Part shown: piece by piece, positions 29,011 to 36,947 of the stretch
Position numbering within the stretch: position 1 is the stretch's first letter
How the letters are laid out: each line of letters starts with the position of its first letter
Translations under genes and position numbers: made by a program
The notes under the pieces: generated by a model
Told to the model about the DNA's origin: nothing
What the model saw: the letters and a program-made list of their open reading frames with translations, nothing else
Databases searched by the model: none
Virus record (IMG/VR): IMGVR_UViG_3300028781_000010
Strand: one strand, 5' to 3'
Origin: a virus
Length of the DNA: 36,947 nucleotides

Positions 29011-29318
29011 GGTTTTTTCTCTGGTTGAAGTTGGGCAATCTTATGCAAATGGTCGATATCGATCTTGAGCGCTGTCTGCAATGCTAGGACATAGGTAGCC
29101 ATGGTGCCATTGTTAAGCGTTTCGGGGAAATCGGGCATCTGGCACGGATCAGGCGTAACTTTCGGACAAAGCAAGCCGTTTGGTATGGCCTTGTACGATG
29201 GAATATATTTTGTGACTGTTTGCGTCTTAACGGCTACCGGCGTTGGCGCGCAACTGGGAAGCCACGGAAATATCAACAGACACAACAGACCACGCTTTAG
29301 ATTCGGGATGATTGGCAT
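29007..29318 (-). CDS. o-spanin (Rz1-like outer-membrane lipoprotein), overlapped architecture
   Basis: From Met at 29318: signal peptide LLCLLIFPWLPSC with a lipobox Cys. Pro-rich mature part. Overlaps the i-spanin 3' end in another frame. Confidence 0.6.
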   Translation of the reverse strand: MPIIPNLKRGLLCLLIFPWLPSCAPTPVAVKTQTVTKYIPSYKAIPNGLLCPKVTPDPCQMPDFPETLNNGTMATYVLALQTALKIDIDHLHKIAQLQPEKKP

Positions 29319-29667
29319 AAATGCTTTCCAATGTGGATTGCGCTTTCTTGGCTTTCGCCTGCTGAAGTTGTGCGTAGTCATTTGCTGCGTCAAGGTATGT
29401 CTTGGAATTAGCGACTTCCGTATTCATTGCGTCAGCCCATCCCTTGTTCGCTAACTGTAATTGCGCAATCGTTGCCAGATTCGTTTTCTGTGTGTCTTCA
29501 AAGGCCGTTACAGATGCTTGCAGGGTTGAGGCATTCTTTTCCTCATGATCGAGACGGATCGTCTGTATGGCGCAGCCAGCAACCAGTAGAACGATGGCAT
29601 AGACATACCAGGGAACAATCGCCCACCACTGACCTGTGACTTCTTCTGCTGTCGTTATGATGCTCAT
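29227..29667 (-). CDS. i-spanin (Rz-like)
   Basis: N-terminal TM segment (WWAIVPWYVYAIVLLVAGCAI) followed by a coiled-coil periplasmic domain. ATG 29667 overlaps the endolysin stop (ATGA). Confidence 0.6.
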   Translation of the reverse strand: MSIITTAEEVTGQWWAIVPWYVYAIVLLVAGCAIQTIRLDHEEKNASTLQASVTAFEDTQKTNLATIAQLQLANKGWADAMNTEVANSKTYLDAANDYAQLQQAKAKKAQSTLESIYANHPESKAWSVVSVDISVASQLRANAGSR

Positions 29668-30140
29668 GGGACATTTAATCCTTGCAGACAAAGCGCCTGC
29701 TCTGCTTGTCGTCGGTTAAGCAAACCTTGAGATTTTTTGCCACCTGCATAGATATATAGAAGCATGTCGTTGCAACCTTGCAGTGTGTAGCCCTCGTTGA
29801 TTTTTCGAAGTACCGAAGATCGGTTAAACGCGGTGTCACCAATATTGTAGCCAAGATCAGCCATGGCAGCACGTCGTGTTTCCGGTACTAAAACTTTGAG
29901 ATGATCATCTACATTTTGCAGCGCATGCGACATGGAACCTTGGAACATCGCGGCGCACTCTGCGGGTGTAGCAGTCATTCCTAGATAAACACCTTTAGTC
30001 TCACCTGTGCAGATCGTCGGAACGCCTCCAATGTCTTTGTAGGCCTTATAGCGAGTACCTTCAAAGTAAATGCCTAAGGCTGACGCAATAGCAATCGCCG
30101 ATCCACCGGTAATTTTCAACCATGGCTTATTGGTCGCCAT
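29664..30140 (-). CDS. SAR endolysin, phage-21 R-like lysozyme (T4-lysozyme fold)
   Basis: The N-terminal Gly/Ala-rich signal-anchor-release segment GGSAIAIASALGI parallels GGGAIAIASVLI of P21 R. Catalytic E-x8-D-x5-T: EGTRYKAYKDIGGVPT. Confidence 0.8.
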   Translation of the reverse strand: MATNKPWLKITGGSAIAIASALGIYFEGTRYKAYKDIGGVPTICTGETKGVYLGMTATPAECAAMFQGSMSHALQNVDDHLKVLVPETRRAAMADLGYNIGDTAFNRSSVLRKINEGYTLQGCNDMLLYIYAGGKKSQGLLNRRQAEQALCLQGLNVP

Positions 30141-30372
30141 CGGTAGGCCGGATGTTGTTCTGTTTGATGATGCGAGCTAAGCCACCAATAAAAAAACCTA
30201 GTCCGCACAGACACAACGTAAGACGGAAACCGAAAATTCCGATGAACTGTGTCATCGTTGCGCTTAAGGTTAAGCCGGCGACAACGAAAGAGAAAATAAC
30301 ACCACTTCCGGCAAACCAAACGGACCAAAGTTTTCCGATAGTTTTCCAATCGTGAACAAGCTCAATCTTCAT
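30127..30372 (-). CDS. Holin (two TM segments; pinholin-like context)
   Basis: 81 aa with two hydrophobic segments and a charged C-terminus. Lies immediately upstream of, and overlapping, the SAR endolysin gene. Confidence 0.6.
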   Translation of the reverse strand: MKIELVHDWKTIGKLWSVWFAGSGVIFSFVVAGLTLSATMTQFIGIFGFRLTLCLCGLGFFIGGLARIIKQNNIRPTDGDQ

Positions 30373-30713
30373 GCTTGTGCTCTGTATTCATGGATCATCT
30401 GGTGAAGATCAAGTAATCCCCAGCGAAACTTATCCACATCAACTACGGTAGGTATCTTGAATATCTCATCGCCAATATGTTTTTCTACAATCTCTGTAGC
30501 GTCATGCAATATATAACAAATAAGTGCCATCTTTTGCTTTAGTGGGTCTTTCTCCAACAGCATCTCAATGCCTGATTTGAGATTAACTCTAGCATTCTCT
30601 ACAAGCATCAGCATGGCTTGTGGTGCATCAGTATACTTATGAGCGTAAAATAACAGATCAGCCGCTTTGATTAGGGGTCCGTAAGACGGATGATCAAACA
30701 GACTTTTAGCCAT
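30369..30713 (-). CDS. Hypothetical helical protein between the tail fibre and the holin (AT-rich)
   Basis: ATG 30713 shares one base with the upstream TGA. No motif. Could be a fibre chaperone or a lysis regulator. Confidence 0.5.
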   Translation of the reverse strand: MAKSLFDHPSYGPLIKAADLLFYAHKYTDAPQAMLMLVENARVNLKSGIEMLLEKDPLKQKMALICYILHDATEIVEKHIGDEIFKIPTVVDVDKFRWGLLDLHQMIHEYRAQA

Positions 30714-31486
30714 CAGACAGGCCCAATCGCTAGCCACTGAAAGGCTATAGCACTGATAATGGTATGAGAATTTGGTATCGCTGCAAAACCTGTGTCGCCA
30801 TAAGCGAGAAATCCACTGGCTGTAAGGTTGCAGCAGTTAGTCGAAAGAATTCCTTCGATCGAGGTTGGCGACTGATTATTTGGCGTGGCTGCGACAAAGT
30901 AAGGTGTTCCACTGAATGCGATGGGAAAAGTGACATTCAAAGAGGTGTTACTCGTTCCACTGGCTGGAAATGTTCCATTGCCCCATTGAATACGAGTTGT
31001 ACCAACTACGATGGAGCCTGAATCTCCTGAAACAGGCGTGGCTGTCGTAGGTGTTTGCCAGAAAACGGATGTTCCATCGGTTGCAATCGACTTACCGCTC
31101 TCGCCCGTAGGATCGGGCACCTGTAGGATCGTATCCCACGCCAAAACAGAGCCGTCATTCGTCAGCCACTCGCCAGCCACAAGGGATGGAATGGTCTGGC
31201 CCGAACCTACATCTGGCTGAATATTGTTGAACGTGCGCGGATTTGCCCCTAGTGAGTCCGTAATGACAACCCCGTAAGCTGCACTTCCCCAAATATCAGT
31301 AGTCGGAACGCCCGAAGCATCCAGAACAACCGGGTTAGCATTAGGAATCGTCAGCGCTTGATCTGACCATGTGTTCTGCCGTGTGGTCAGATCGGTTTCG
31401 TAGAAGTTTATTAGACCGCCAGCATTTACCGAGCCATCGGATAGGAAGTATTGTGGAAAGGGACCAAGCGGGCGATAAGATGACAT
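30713..31486 (-). CDS. Tail fibre / tail-associated protein
   Basis: N-terminus PFPQYFLSDGSVNAGGLINFYETDLTTRQNTWSD...NPVVLDASG is typical of phage fibre N-termini. Confidence 0.55.
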   Translation of the reverse strand: MSSYRPLGPFPQYFLSDGSVNAGGLINFYETDLTTRQNTWSDQALTIPNANPVVLDASGVPTTDIWGSAAYGVVITDSLGANPRTFNNIQPDVGSGQTIPSLVAGEWLTNDGSVLAWDTILQVPDPTGESGKSIATDGTSVFWQTPTTATPVSGDSGSIVVGTTRIQWGNGTFPASGTSNTSLNVTFPIAFSGTPYFVAATPNNQSPTSIEGILSTNCCNLTASGFLAYGDTGFAAIPNSHTIISAIAFQWLAIGPV

Positions 31487-33240
31487 TATTTTGGTCCAAT
31501 ATTGTTGGCGGGAATCGTTGCCGTAATCGGGTTTTGGTACTGCGCGATATTTCCGAGATTAGCCGACAAGATGTTAGGCACAGCTTGGGCTTGTTGCGGC
31601 ATTAGAGCGTTGTATAGTGCCTGACTTCTAAGTCCCGACTGAATGCCTCTTGCAGCCAACAAGGTCCCAGCAACGCCTGGAAGCGCTCCTGTATATACGC
31701 CCGCACCAATACCGCCTAGCGCACCCAAGCCTTTAAGCGATTCAACTCCTAACGTACGCGCTGCGGTTCCTGAATCAGGAATGGACTGTTTAAGAAAATG
31801 CTGACCGATCATGGCAAGAGTGCCCAAATCGCCACGATTACCTGTCGCCATCGCATTTTTACCTGCACCTGACGCAGTTATAACGCCCATAAGCTGACCA
31901 GGTGGGATATTTCCGTCCTGCGCCTTGGCAACTAGTGGTGTGAGCGTCTTGATGTTCTGCCAGATGCCGCGTGCGTCGGCCAATTCAGAAGCGTCGGCTG
32001 GACTCATTTGGGACTGTATGGCATCACGCAATTTGTCCTGCAAAAGGCCAGCATGATATGCCAATGGACCGTCAGATGCTGCCATGCGTCCCAAAGAACT
32101 ATCGAGTCCCTGAAATTCTTGGCCAGTTATCGGCTTTGTTCCGCCATTCGATAGATTGACTACCTGATCGACAGCCGAACGGAGCGGTTGAGCATTAGTT
32201 ATGCCAGTTTCCCTCACACCAGTTTCAGCAATCTGATTTAAATCATGCACAAGTCCCGGATCAACGCTAAGCGTATTATTCCCTAAAACATTATCAAAGC
32301 GCTGACTTACTGCCTGTTTAGAAGCCTGAAATACATCTGGCGTGACCTGAGGCGATGAAGGAAGACCAATAGTTTTACCAACCGCATTGTTAAACTGGGT
32401 TTGCTGTTTCGCCGCATTGGCAGCCGCACCACTAAACGGGATGATGCTCGTCGTGGAATCGGCTAGTTTCATCGGTAGCGACTTAGAAAGTTGCGGCGCG
32501 GTAATGTCTATGCCCATATCTGCCGCTTGCTGTGCGAGTGCCTGACGCGTTGCAGGAATGGCGCCAGCCAAAAACCTAGCCGTAGCCGTTCCAGCCGCAC
32601 CCGCACCACTTGGCAGCATGCCGGCGCCGATGCCAATAGCCATTTGAGCACCGGGACTTAACCCTGCTTCTTTTGCTAGGTATGATCCGGTTGATCCAGA
32701 CGTTGCCGCTGCGAGTTGAGTGCCAGGATTTGCAGCGAGTGTCGTTCCAATATTTGCCACAGTCGGACTCACTGCACCAGACAACGCACTCCCCAGCCCA
32801 ACACCCGATACTGCCCCTCCTAGACCTTGGGACAAAGCACTTGCATATCGTTCTGATCCATTCTGAGGCGTGACTTGCGGTACACCCGCCGCATTCAAGG
32901 CCATATCTGTAGCTTGTGACGTATTTCCAAGGCGATATTTTGGATCAATTCCAAGACCACTTTCAGCCGCATTGACGCCATACACGATAGGGTCATTGAC
33001 AGCGCCGATAAGGCTAGTTGCGCCATGCGCCAAAGCGCGGCCAGTCAACGCCGTAGCGCGGCCAAGTTGATCGAGTGCCGATGGGTCTTGCGCTGGTGTA
33101 GAAACAGAAGGCGATACGGGTGAAGTAGACGAGGCAGCATCACCCTGCATCGAATAACCAGGTGGTGGTGGTGGAACAGCCGACGCAGTTGCAGTCTGCA
33201 ACTGATAACCATCTGGCGGTGGTGGAATCGATCCGTCCAT
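31486..33240 (-). CDS. Internal virion / ejection protein (Gly/Ala-rich, Pro-rich N-terminus)
   Basis: 584 aa of low-complexity Gly/Ala/Ser composition. Its position after the transglycosylase protein parallels podovirus ejection proteins. Confidence 0.5.
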   Translation of the reverse strand: MDGSIPPPPDGYQLQTATASAVPPPPPGYSMQGDAASSTSPVSPSVSTPAQDPSALDQLGRATALTGRALAHGATSLIGAVNDPIVYGVNAAESGLGIDPKYRLGNTSQATDMALNAAGVPQVTPQNGSERYASALSQGLGGAVSGVGLGSALSGAVSPTVANIGTTLAANPGTQLAAATSGSTGSYLAKEAGLSPGAQMAIGIGAGMLPSGAGAAGTATARFLAGAIPATRQALAQQAADMGIDITAPQLSKSLPMKLADSTTSIIPFSGAAANAAKQQTQFNNAVGKTIGLPSSPQVTPDVFQASKQAVSQRFDNVLGNNTLSVDPGLVHDLNQIAETGVRETGITNAQPLRSAVDQVVNLSNGGTKPITGQEFQGLDSSLGRMAASDGPLAYHAGLLQDKLRDAIQSQMSPADASELADARGIWQNIKTLTPLVAKAQDGNIPPGQLMGVITASGAGKNAMATGNRGDLGTLAMIGQHFLKQSIPDSGTAARTLGVESLKGLGALGGIGAGVYTGALPGVAGTLLAARGIQSGLRSQALYNALMPQQAQAVPNILSANLGNIAQYQNPITATIPANNIGPK

Positions 33241-35336
33241 TATTCAGGCACCCATGCAGTTCCATTCCACACAACGGCATGCCCCATCGAATTGACGGCA
33301 CGCGGTTGAGCGGATTGATTAGGCAAACCCGCCGTGCTGGTCGCAGCACCCATGCCACCGGGCTTGGAAAACTGCGGTAGCTTGTTGTTCGGGTCAAGTC
33401 CGATAACTTTCAAGGCATTCGCCTGAGCCGCACGGCTGAGCAATGACGTACCCGGTGACGCCGGACCCAAAACGCTGTCGCGCTTGTCCTGCATCTCGTT
33501 GACCTTGTCATTCATGAAGGCGGCAACTTTGGCGAGCGCCACATTCCGGTTAGGATCATTCGGGTTGAGATTGGACAACATGTCATCGACCTCACCCTGA
33601 GATGCAACGCCACCCTTGATCATCTTGGAAGCCTCACCCGCAAGCAGGGTTTTCGCCTGATTCCATGCCTTCAGAGCGGGCGCAGACATAGTATTAGTGG
33701 CTGAACCCAACGCATTCTCCACGGCATTAACTGCACCGATATTATTAGGAAGGCGACTTGATATGTCCGCCATATCACTAAGGTGATCAAGCGCAGTTTG
33801 AGCCGCTGTTAGCGTACCGCCCGACTTGCCAACAGCACTCGATGCCAGATCGTTCAACACCGTCTTATTCTGATCGTACTGCTGAGCGCTGAAATTCGGA
33901 TTGATCTGCATGGCCCGCTGGATAATCGGCTGCAATGTGGGCTTCGATAGAGAATAAGCACTCAGAGGCAACTTATAAGCTGCCAAAGCTTGCGCTTCCG
34001 CCTCATCACCAGCGGATAACGGTGCATCGGCATCGCCAGCCAGTTTACCGGTTGTAAGATACGATTGATGCTGGTCAGCATTCACAGGAACGCCCTGCTT
34101 AATAAGCTGCTGAACTTCAGCTTCGCGCTTCTGAATAAGGTTTTCTTGACCTAACTTAGCCGCAGCGGAATATTCACCCTGGCCAAGCGGCGAAGCTGCA
34201 CTACCTGCATTACTCGATGCGGCACCATTCGCCTGAATAGCCTTATCTACATTACCTGGACCAGCGTTGTAGGCAGCAAGTGCGGCAGCGGGATCGCCAT
34301 TGTATTTGGCAAGCAACTGGTTGATGTATTGCGTACCGCCAGCAACGTTCTGTTGAGGATCAAGCGGGTTTTGCACGCCAAGACCTGCCGCTGTGGCAGG
34401 CATAAGTTGCATTAAACCTTGTGCGCCGGCTGAGCTAACCGCGTTCGCATTTCCGCCCGATTCCTGCTTGATGATGGCTTGAATAAGCGCTTGACTGGCC
34501 GTACCGTCTGCATTGGTCGCCGGTTGACCGCCAAGGTTCGCCAGCACTGAAGGAACATATTTCTGCGTTTCAGGCGGTAGCGCGGACAAGATGCCACCAC
34601 CTGGAGCTGGTTGATTCGGCTGTGCCGTACCTGCGCCAGTTGCGGGTGCTTGCGATACGCCGCCTTGTGAAGTGGCCGCACCGATGGGAGTAAACCCTTT
34701 AGTGGTCACATAACCTTGCGCAAGGATAGGCTGACCGTCTGGCCCCGTTTTGCCGGTATTGTAATTATCGACGTATTTAGGCTGCTCAGACGCACCCGGG
34801 CCCTGATATACGACCTTCCCGGTAGTTGGATCAACTAATGCTTCACCTTGCCCCACCTTGACCGGAGATGCACCAGCTGATTGTCCAAGCTGAGCAATCT
34901 GCGCCTTGATTGACGTCAATCCTGGCACAGCATCCGCATAGGTATCGGGAATTTGATGACCATTAGCCTCAGCAAGTGGCGCAAGATAGGGTTTCACAGC
35001 CGCCTGATACACCTGCTCTTTAGCAGCGTCTGTAGGCTGTTGATCCATATAATTCATCGCATTGCTAAGTCGCGTTAGCTGCGTATTTCCCGCGTTCTGA
35101 TAAGCCGCTGCTTGTGTCGGATCAATGGCTGCTACTTGTGCGGTTGCCGATGGATCGCCAGCAATCACTTGGGGCGCAAGAGAACGTATCTGTTGCTGAT
35201 CACCCAAGGCTTGCTGATACGCCTGCTGTTTCTCGGCATAGATATTATTGGCTTGCGCCGTCTGCTGTCCCTGATTGAAATTTCCTACAATGTTTGCAGG
35301 ATTAACAGCAGTCGATTCATCAAAAATATTAGCCAT
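33240..35336 (-). CDS. Internal virion protein with a soluble lytic transglycosylase (SLT) domain
   Basis: SLT motif [29 protein letters not shown]...[10 protein letters not shown], embedded in a 698-aa Gln/Ala-rich protein. Confidence 0.75.
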   Translation of the reverse strand: MANIFDESTAVNPANIVGNFNQGQQTAQANNIYAEKQQAYQQALGDQQQIRSLAPQVIAGDPSATAQVAAIDPTQAAAYQNAGNTQLTRLSNAMNYMDQQPTDAAKEQVYQAAVKPYLAPLAEANGHQIPDTYADAVPGLTSIKAQIAQLGQSAGASPVKVGQGEALVDPTTGKVVYQGPGASEQPKYVDNYNTGKTGPDGQPILAQGYVTTKGFTPIGAATSQGGVSQAPATGAGTAQPNQPAPGGGILSALPPETQKYVPSVLANLGGQPATNADGTASQALIQAIIKQESGGNANAVSSAGAQGLMQLMPATAAGLGVQNPLDPQQNVAGGTQYINQLLAKYNGDPAAALAAYNAGPGNVDKAIQANGAASSNAGSAASPLGQGEYSAAAKLGQENLIQKREAEVQQLIKQGVPVNADQHQSYLTTGKLAGDADAPLSAGDEAEAQALAAYKLPLSAYSLSKPTLQPIIQRAMQINPNFSAQQYDQNKTVLNDLASSAVGKSGGTLTAAQTALDHLSDMADISSRLPNNIGAVNAVENALGSATNTMSAPALKAWNQAKTLLAGEASKMIKGGVASQGEVDDMLSNLNPNDPNRNVALAKVAAFMNDKVNEMQDKRDSVLGPASPGTSLLSRAAQANALKVIGLDPNNKLPQFSKPGGMGAATSTAGLPNQSAQPRAVNSMGHAVVWNGTAWVPE

Positions 35337-35344
35337 ATCGATCC

Positions 35345-35944
35345 TTAGGAAACGTTGTAACCGTTACCGGATGAGCTTCCGTAAGTGGTCGGCGTGTAAC
35401 TGCTCTGATTCTGCGTATATTGTCCGTAAATGTTTCCAAGCTGTCCAAGCGTGCTATTAACCGCATTAGCTTGGCCGGCATAACTGGATGCATTGGCTTG
35501 ACCAATGTTGTTTTCCTGCGCACCGATCTGGTTCGCAGTCTGCTGACCTACGCCAGCAAATGCACTGGATGCCGAATTACCTTGCTGCGCCACACCAGAA
35601 ATCTTGTTCCAGTAGTTATTAGCGTACTGCGTGGCAAGTCCCTGACCAAGCGAGATTGCATCAGCTGTCTGACCACCACCCCACACGTTGCCAGAAGCCG
35701 CACCATTCGCTGTAGAAGCTTTCTCACCCTGACTCAGGGCGAACTGGTAATCCGGTGAATTGGCAAATCCTGAGGTATTTCCAGAGAGATACTGATTCTC
35801 AAGGTTGACAGCATTCGAACCTGCATTGAGATACGGCTGCGCATTAGCCGTATTCTCTCCATAAATTTTGTTCTGTTCGGCAATAGCAGCATTAGACGCG
35901 TTGGTCTGCGCCTGTGCACCAGCACTCGCGGCGTTGGAGGACAT
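35345..35944 (-). CDS. Asn/Gln/Ser/Gly/Ala-rich low-complexity virion (ejection?) protein
   Basis: 199-aa ORF. The true N-terminus is uncertain; see the finding on the in-frame TAA upstream. Confidence 0.55.
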   Translation of the reverse strand: MSSNAASAGAQAQTNASNAAIAEQNKIYGENTANAQPYLNAGSNAVNLENQYLSGNTSGFANSPDYQFALSQGEKASTANGAASGNVWGGGQTADAISLGQGLATQYANNYWNKISGVAQQGNSASSAFAGVGQQTANQIGAQENNIGQANASSYAGQANAVNSTLGQLGNIYGQYTQNQSSYTPTTYGSSSGNGYNVS

Positions 35945-36063
35945 GACGCCTGAGGCGAGAGCAGCGCCTCCTACAATGGCTGCGCCCCAAATTTCCGCCA
36001 GTTAGCTTGCATTCATAATTTTCATTATGAAGCCTCCGAGTTGTATTTTCATAGTGAGCTTGT

Positions 36064-36672
36064 TCATGCGAATTCACCTGCCGCGTTTAACTTGTGAAAG
36101 TGGCTAACCCAGACCAATCGTCCTGACTCGCTATCCTTGCCAATACCTTCTAGCGGATACCGCGAATGAAACAAAGGCGCTTGAAATATCAGCGCACGGT
36201 TCTTTTTACCACGCACCATGTCCGTCTGTATCCATTTGTCCGGATCGCGTGAAACCATATCGCTTTTCAGTTCGTCCAGAATGCCCATCGCTTGCATTTC
36301 GGCAAATCCTGGCATCGCGTTTAATCCCGTGCGCTTATGCGTGAAGAACGCAGTCCCTGATTCTTCTTCATGATTGGTCAGATATGCCACGCACGTATGG
36401 TTCCCCGACTCCCGATCACTGTGTATATACGCTCGTTCCATGCCTTCATTGGTGACGCGGAAATACATCGTATTGGGTACAACCACGCCATTAACTGCCC
36501 GCATGATTGAGGCGACCATAAGTGCGTGATCACCCCAAAATCCCATGCCTTCATAGACTGAACTACCTACTTCACCTTTATTTGGTCGCCACGTATCAAA
36601 TCCAGCAGCAAACACCGATGACTTGACGCGATCAAGTGCCTTACAGAAGTCATCGACAACGAGATAGCTCAT
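36064..36672 (-). CDS. Hypothetical protein, possible 2OG-Fe(II) oxygenase-like fold
   Basis: 202 aa. Candidate HxD (YIHSD) and a distal His (LFHSRYP). Sits where P22-like phages encode needle or plug proteins. Confidence 0.3.
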   Translation of the reverse strand: MSYLVVDDFCKALDRVKSSVFAAGFDTWRPNKGEVGSSVYEGMGFWGDHALMVASIMRAVNGVVVPNTMYFRVTNEGMERAYIHSDRESGNHTCVAYLTNHEEESGTAFFTHKRTGLNAMPGFAEMQAMGILDELKSDMVSRDPDKWIQTDMVRGKKNRALIFQAPLFHSRYPLEGIGKDSESGRLVWVSHFHKLNAAGEFA

Positions 36673-36947
36673 CCTACGGTTCCTTGAAGTACTGCTGCAC
36701 CACCCATCAAATCTCGCCTACGTGGGCTGGAACAACTCACACGATATGTCCGGTTATATGTCGATCCTTGGCGTGTAAAAACAATGCGCTTTCCATATTC
36801 ACCGGTTGCGCCAATATCTTCCTGATCCCAGTTGGACCAATTATAGCCACCATCGTCTGAGTATTGGATACGAACATAATGATCCACATCATCCGACAAC
36901 TGGCCAAGCGCCATAATCAGTTCAACCCGTGAAACAATCACGCGATT
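36669..36947 (-). CDS. C-terminal part of the gp10-like gene (same gene as 1..1261)
   Basis: In frame with 1..1261 through the 127-bp duplicated segment. Stop at 36669-36671, overlapping the next start. Confidence 0.7.
   Translation of the reverse strand, partial: NRVIVSRVELIMALGQLSDDVDHYVRIQYSDDGGYNWSNWDQEDIGATGEYGKRIVFTRQGSTYNRTYRVSCSSPRRRDLMGGAAVLQGTVG
36821..36947. repeat. Right copy of the 127-bp terminal duplication
   Basis: Identical to 1-127. Confidence 0.95.

Overview
The window is a complete, circularly closed dsDNA phage genome. Bases 1-127 are identical to 36821-36947, so the unit length is 36,820 bp. It looks like a podovirus with a P22-type head module, infecting a Gram-negative host (SAR endolysin plus spanins).

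Layout:
- Minus-strand late module, reading 9692 down through the junction to 26059: terS, terL (interrupted by an intein), portal, a DUF3307-like membrane moron, scaffold, P22-type coat, small head proteins, gp4-like adaptor, gp10-like protein (spans the circular junction), a possible 2OG-oxygenase-fold protein, ejection or internal virion proteins including an SLT transglycosylase, a tail fibre, the lysis cassette (holin, SAR endolysin, overlapped i/o-spanins), and tail fibres including a LamG-fold protein.
- Plus-strand early operon, 19.3-25.8 kb: a tandem-repeat protein, an SPFH lipoprotein, and an Erf / YqaJ-exonuclease / SSB-like / NinB-like recombination module.
- Minus-strand early/middle operon, 19.2 down to 9.7 kb: tightly coupled small genes including an HTH protein, DUF551-like proteins, T5orf172, wHTH proteins, a HAD phosphatase, an RMF-like protein, a YbcO-like protein, a PD-(D/E)XK nuclease, an RHH + GIY-YIG pair, three tRNAs (Gln-UUG, Ser-GCU, Ser-UGA) and a glycosyltransferase.

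I recognised no integrase, CI-type repressor, polymerase, helicase or primase.

Main findings:
1. A Hint-type intein splits the TerL Walker A loop (GGRG|SGKT). Its roughly 200-aa central linker has no in-frame endonuclease motif. A complete HNH endonuclease gene lies there on the opposite strand, and both strands stay stop-free over 810 nt.
2. The first rightward early gene contains 19 tandem 12-nt units that differ at only two nucleotide positions, both non-synonymous.
3. A 490-nt ORF-free region upstream of the T5orf172 gene carries a near-consensus promoter, nested helices and twin palindromes.

All functional calls rest on motif recognition by eye. No database searches were run.
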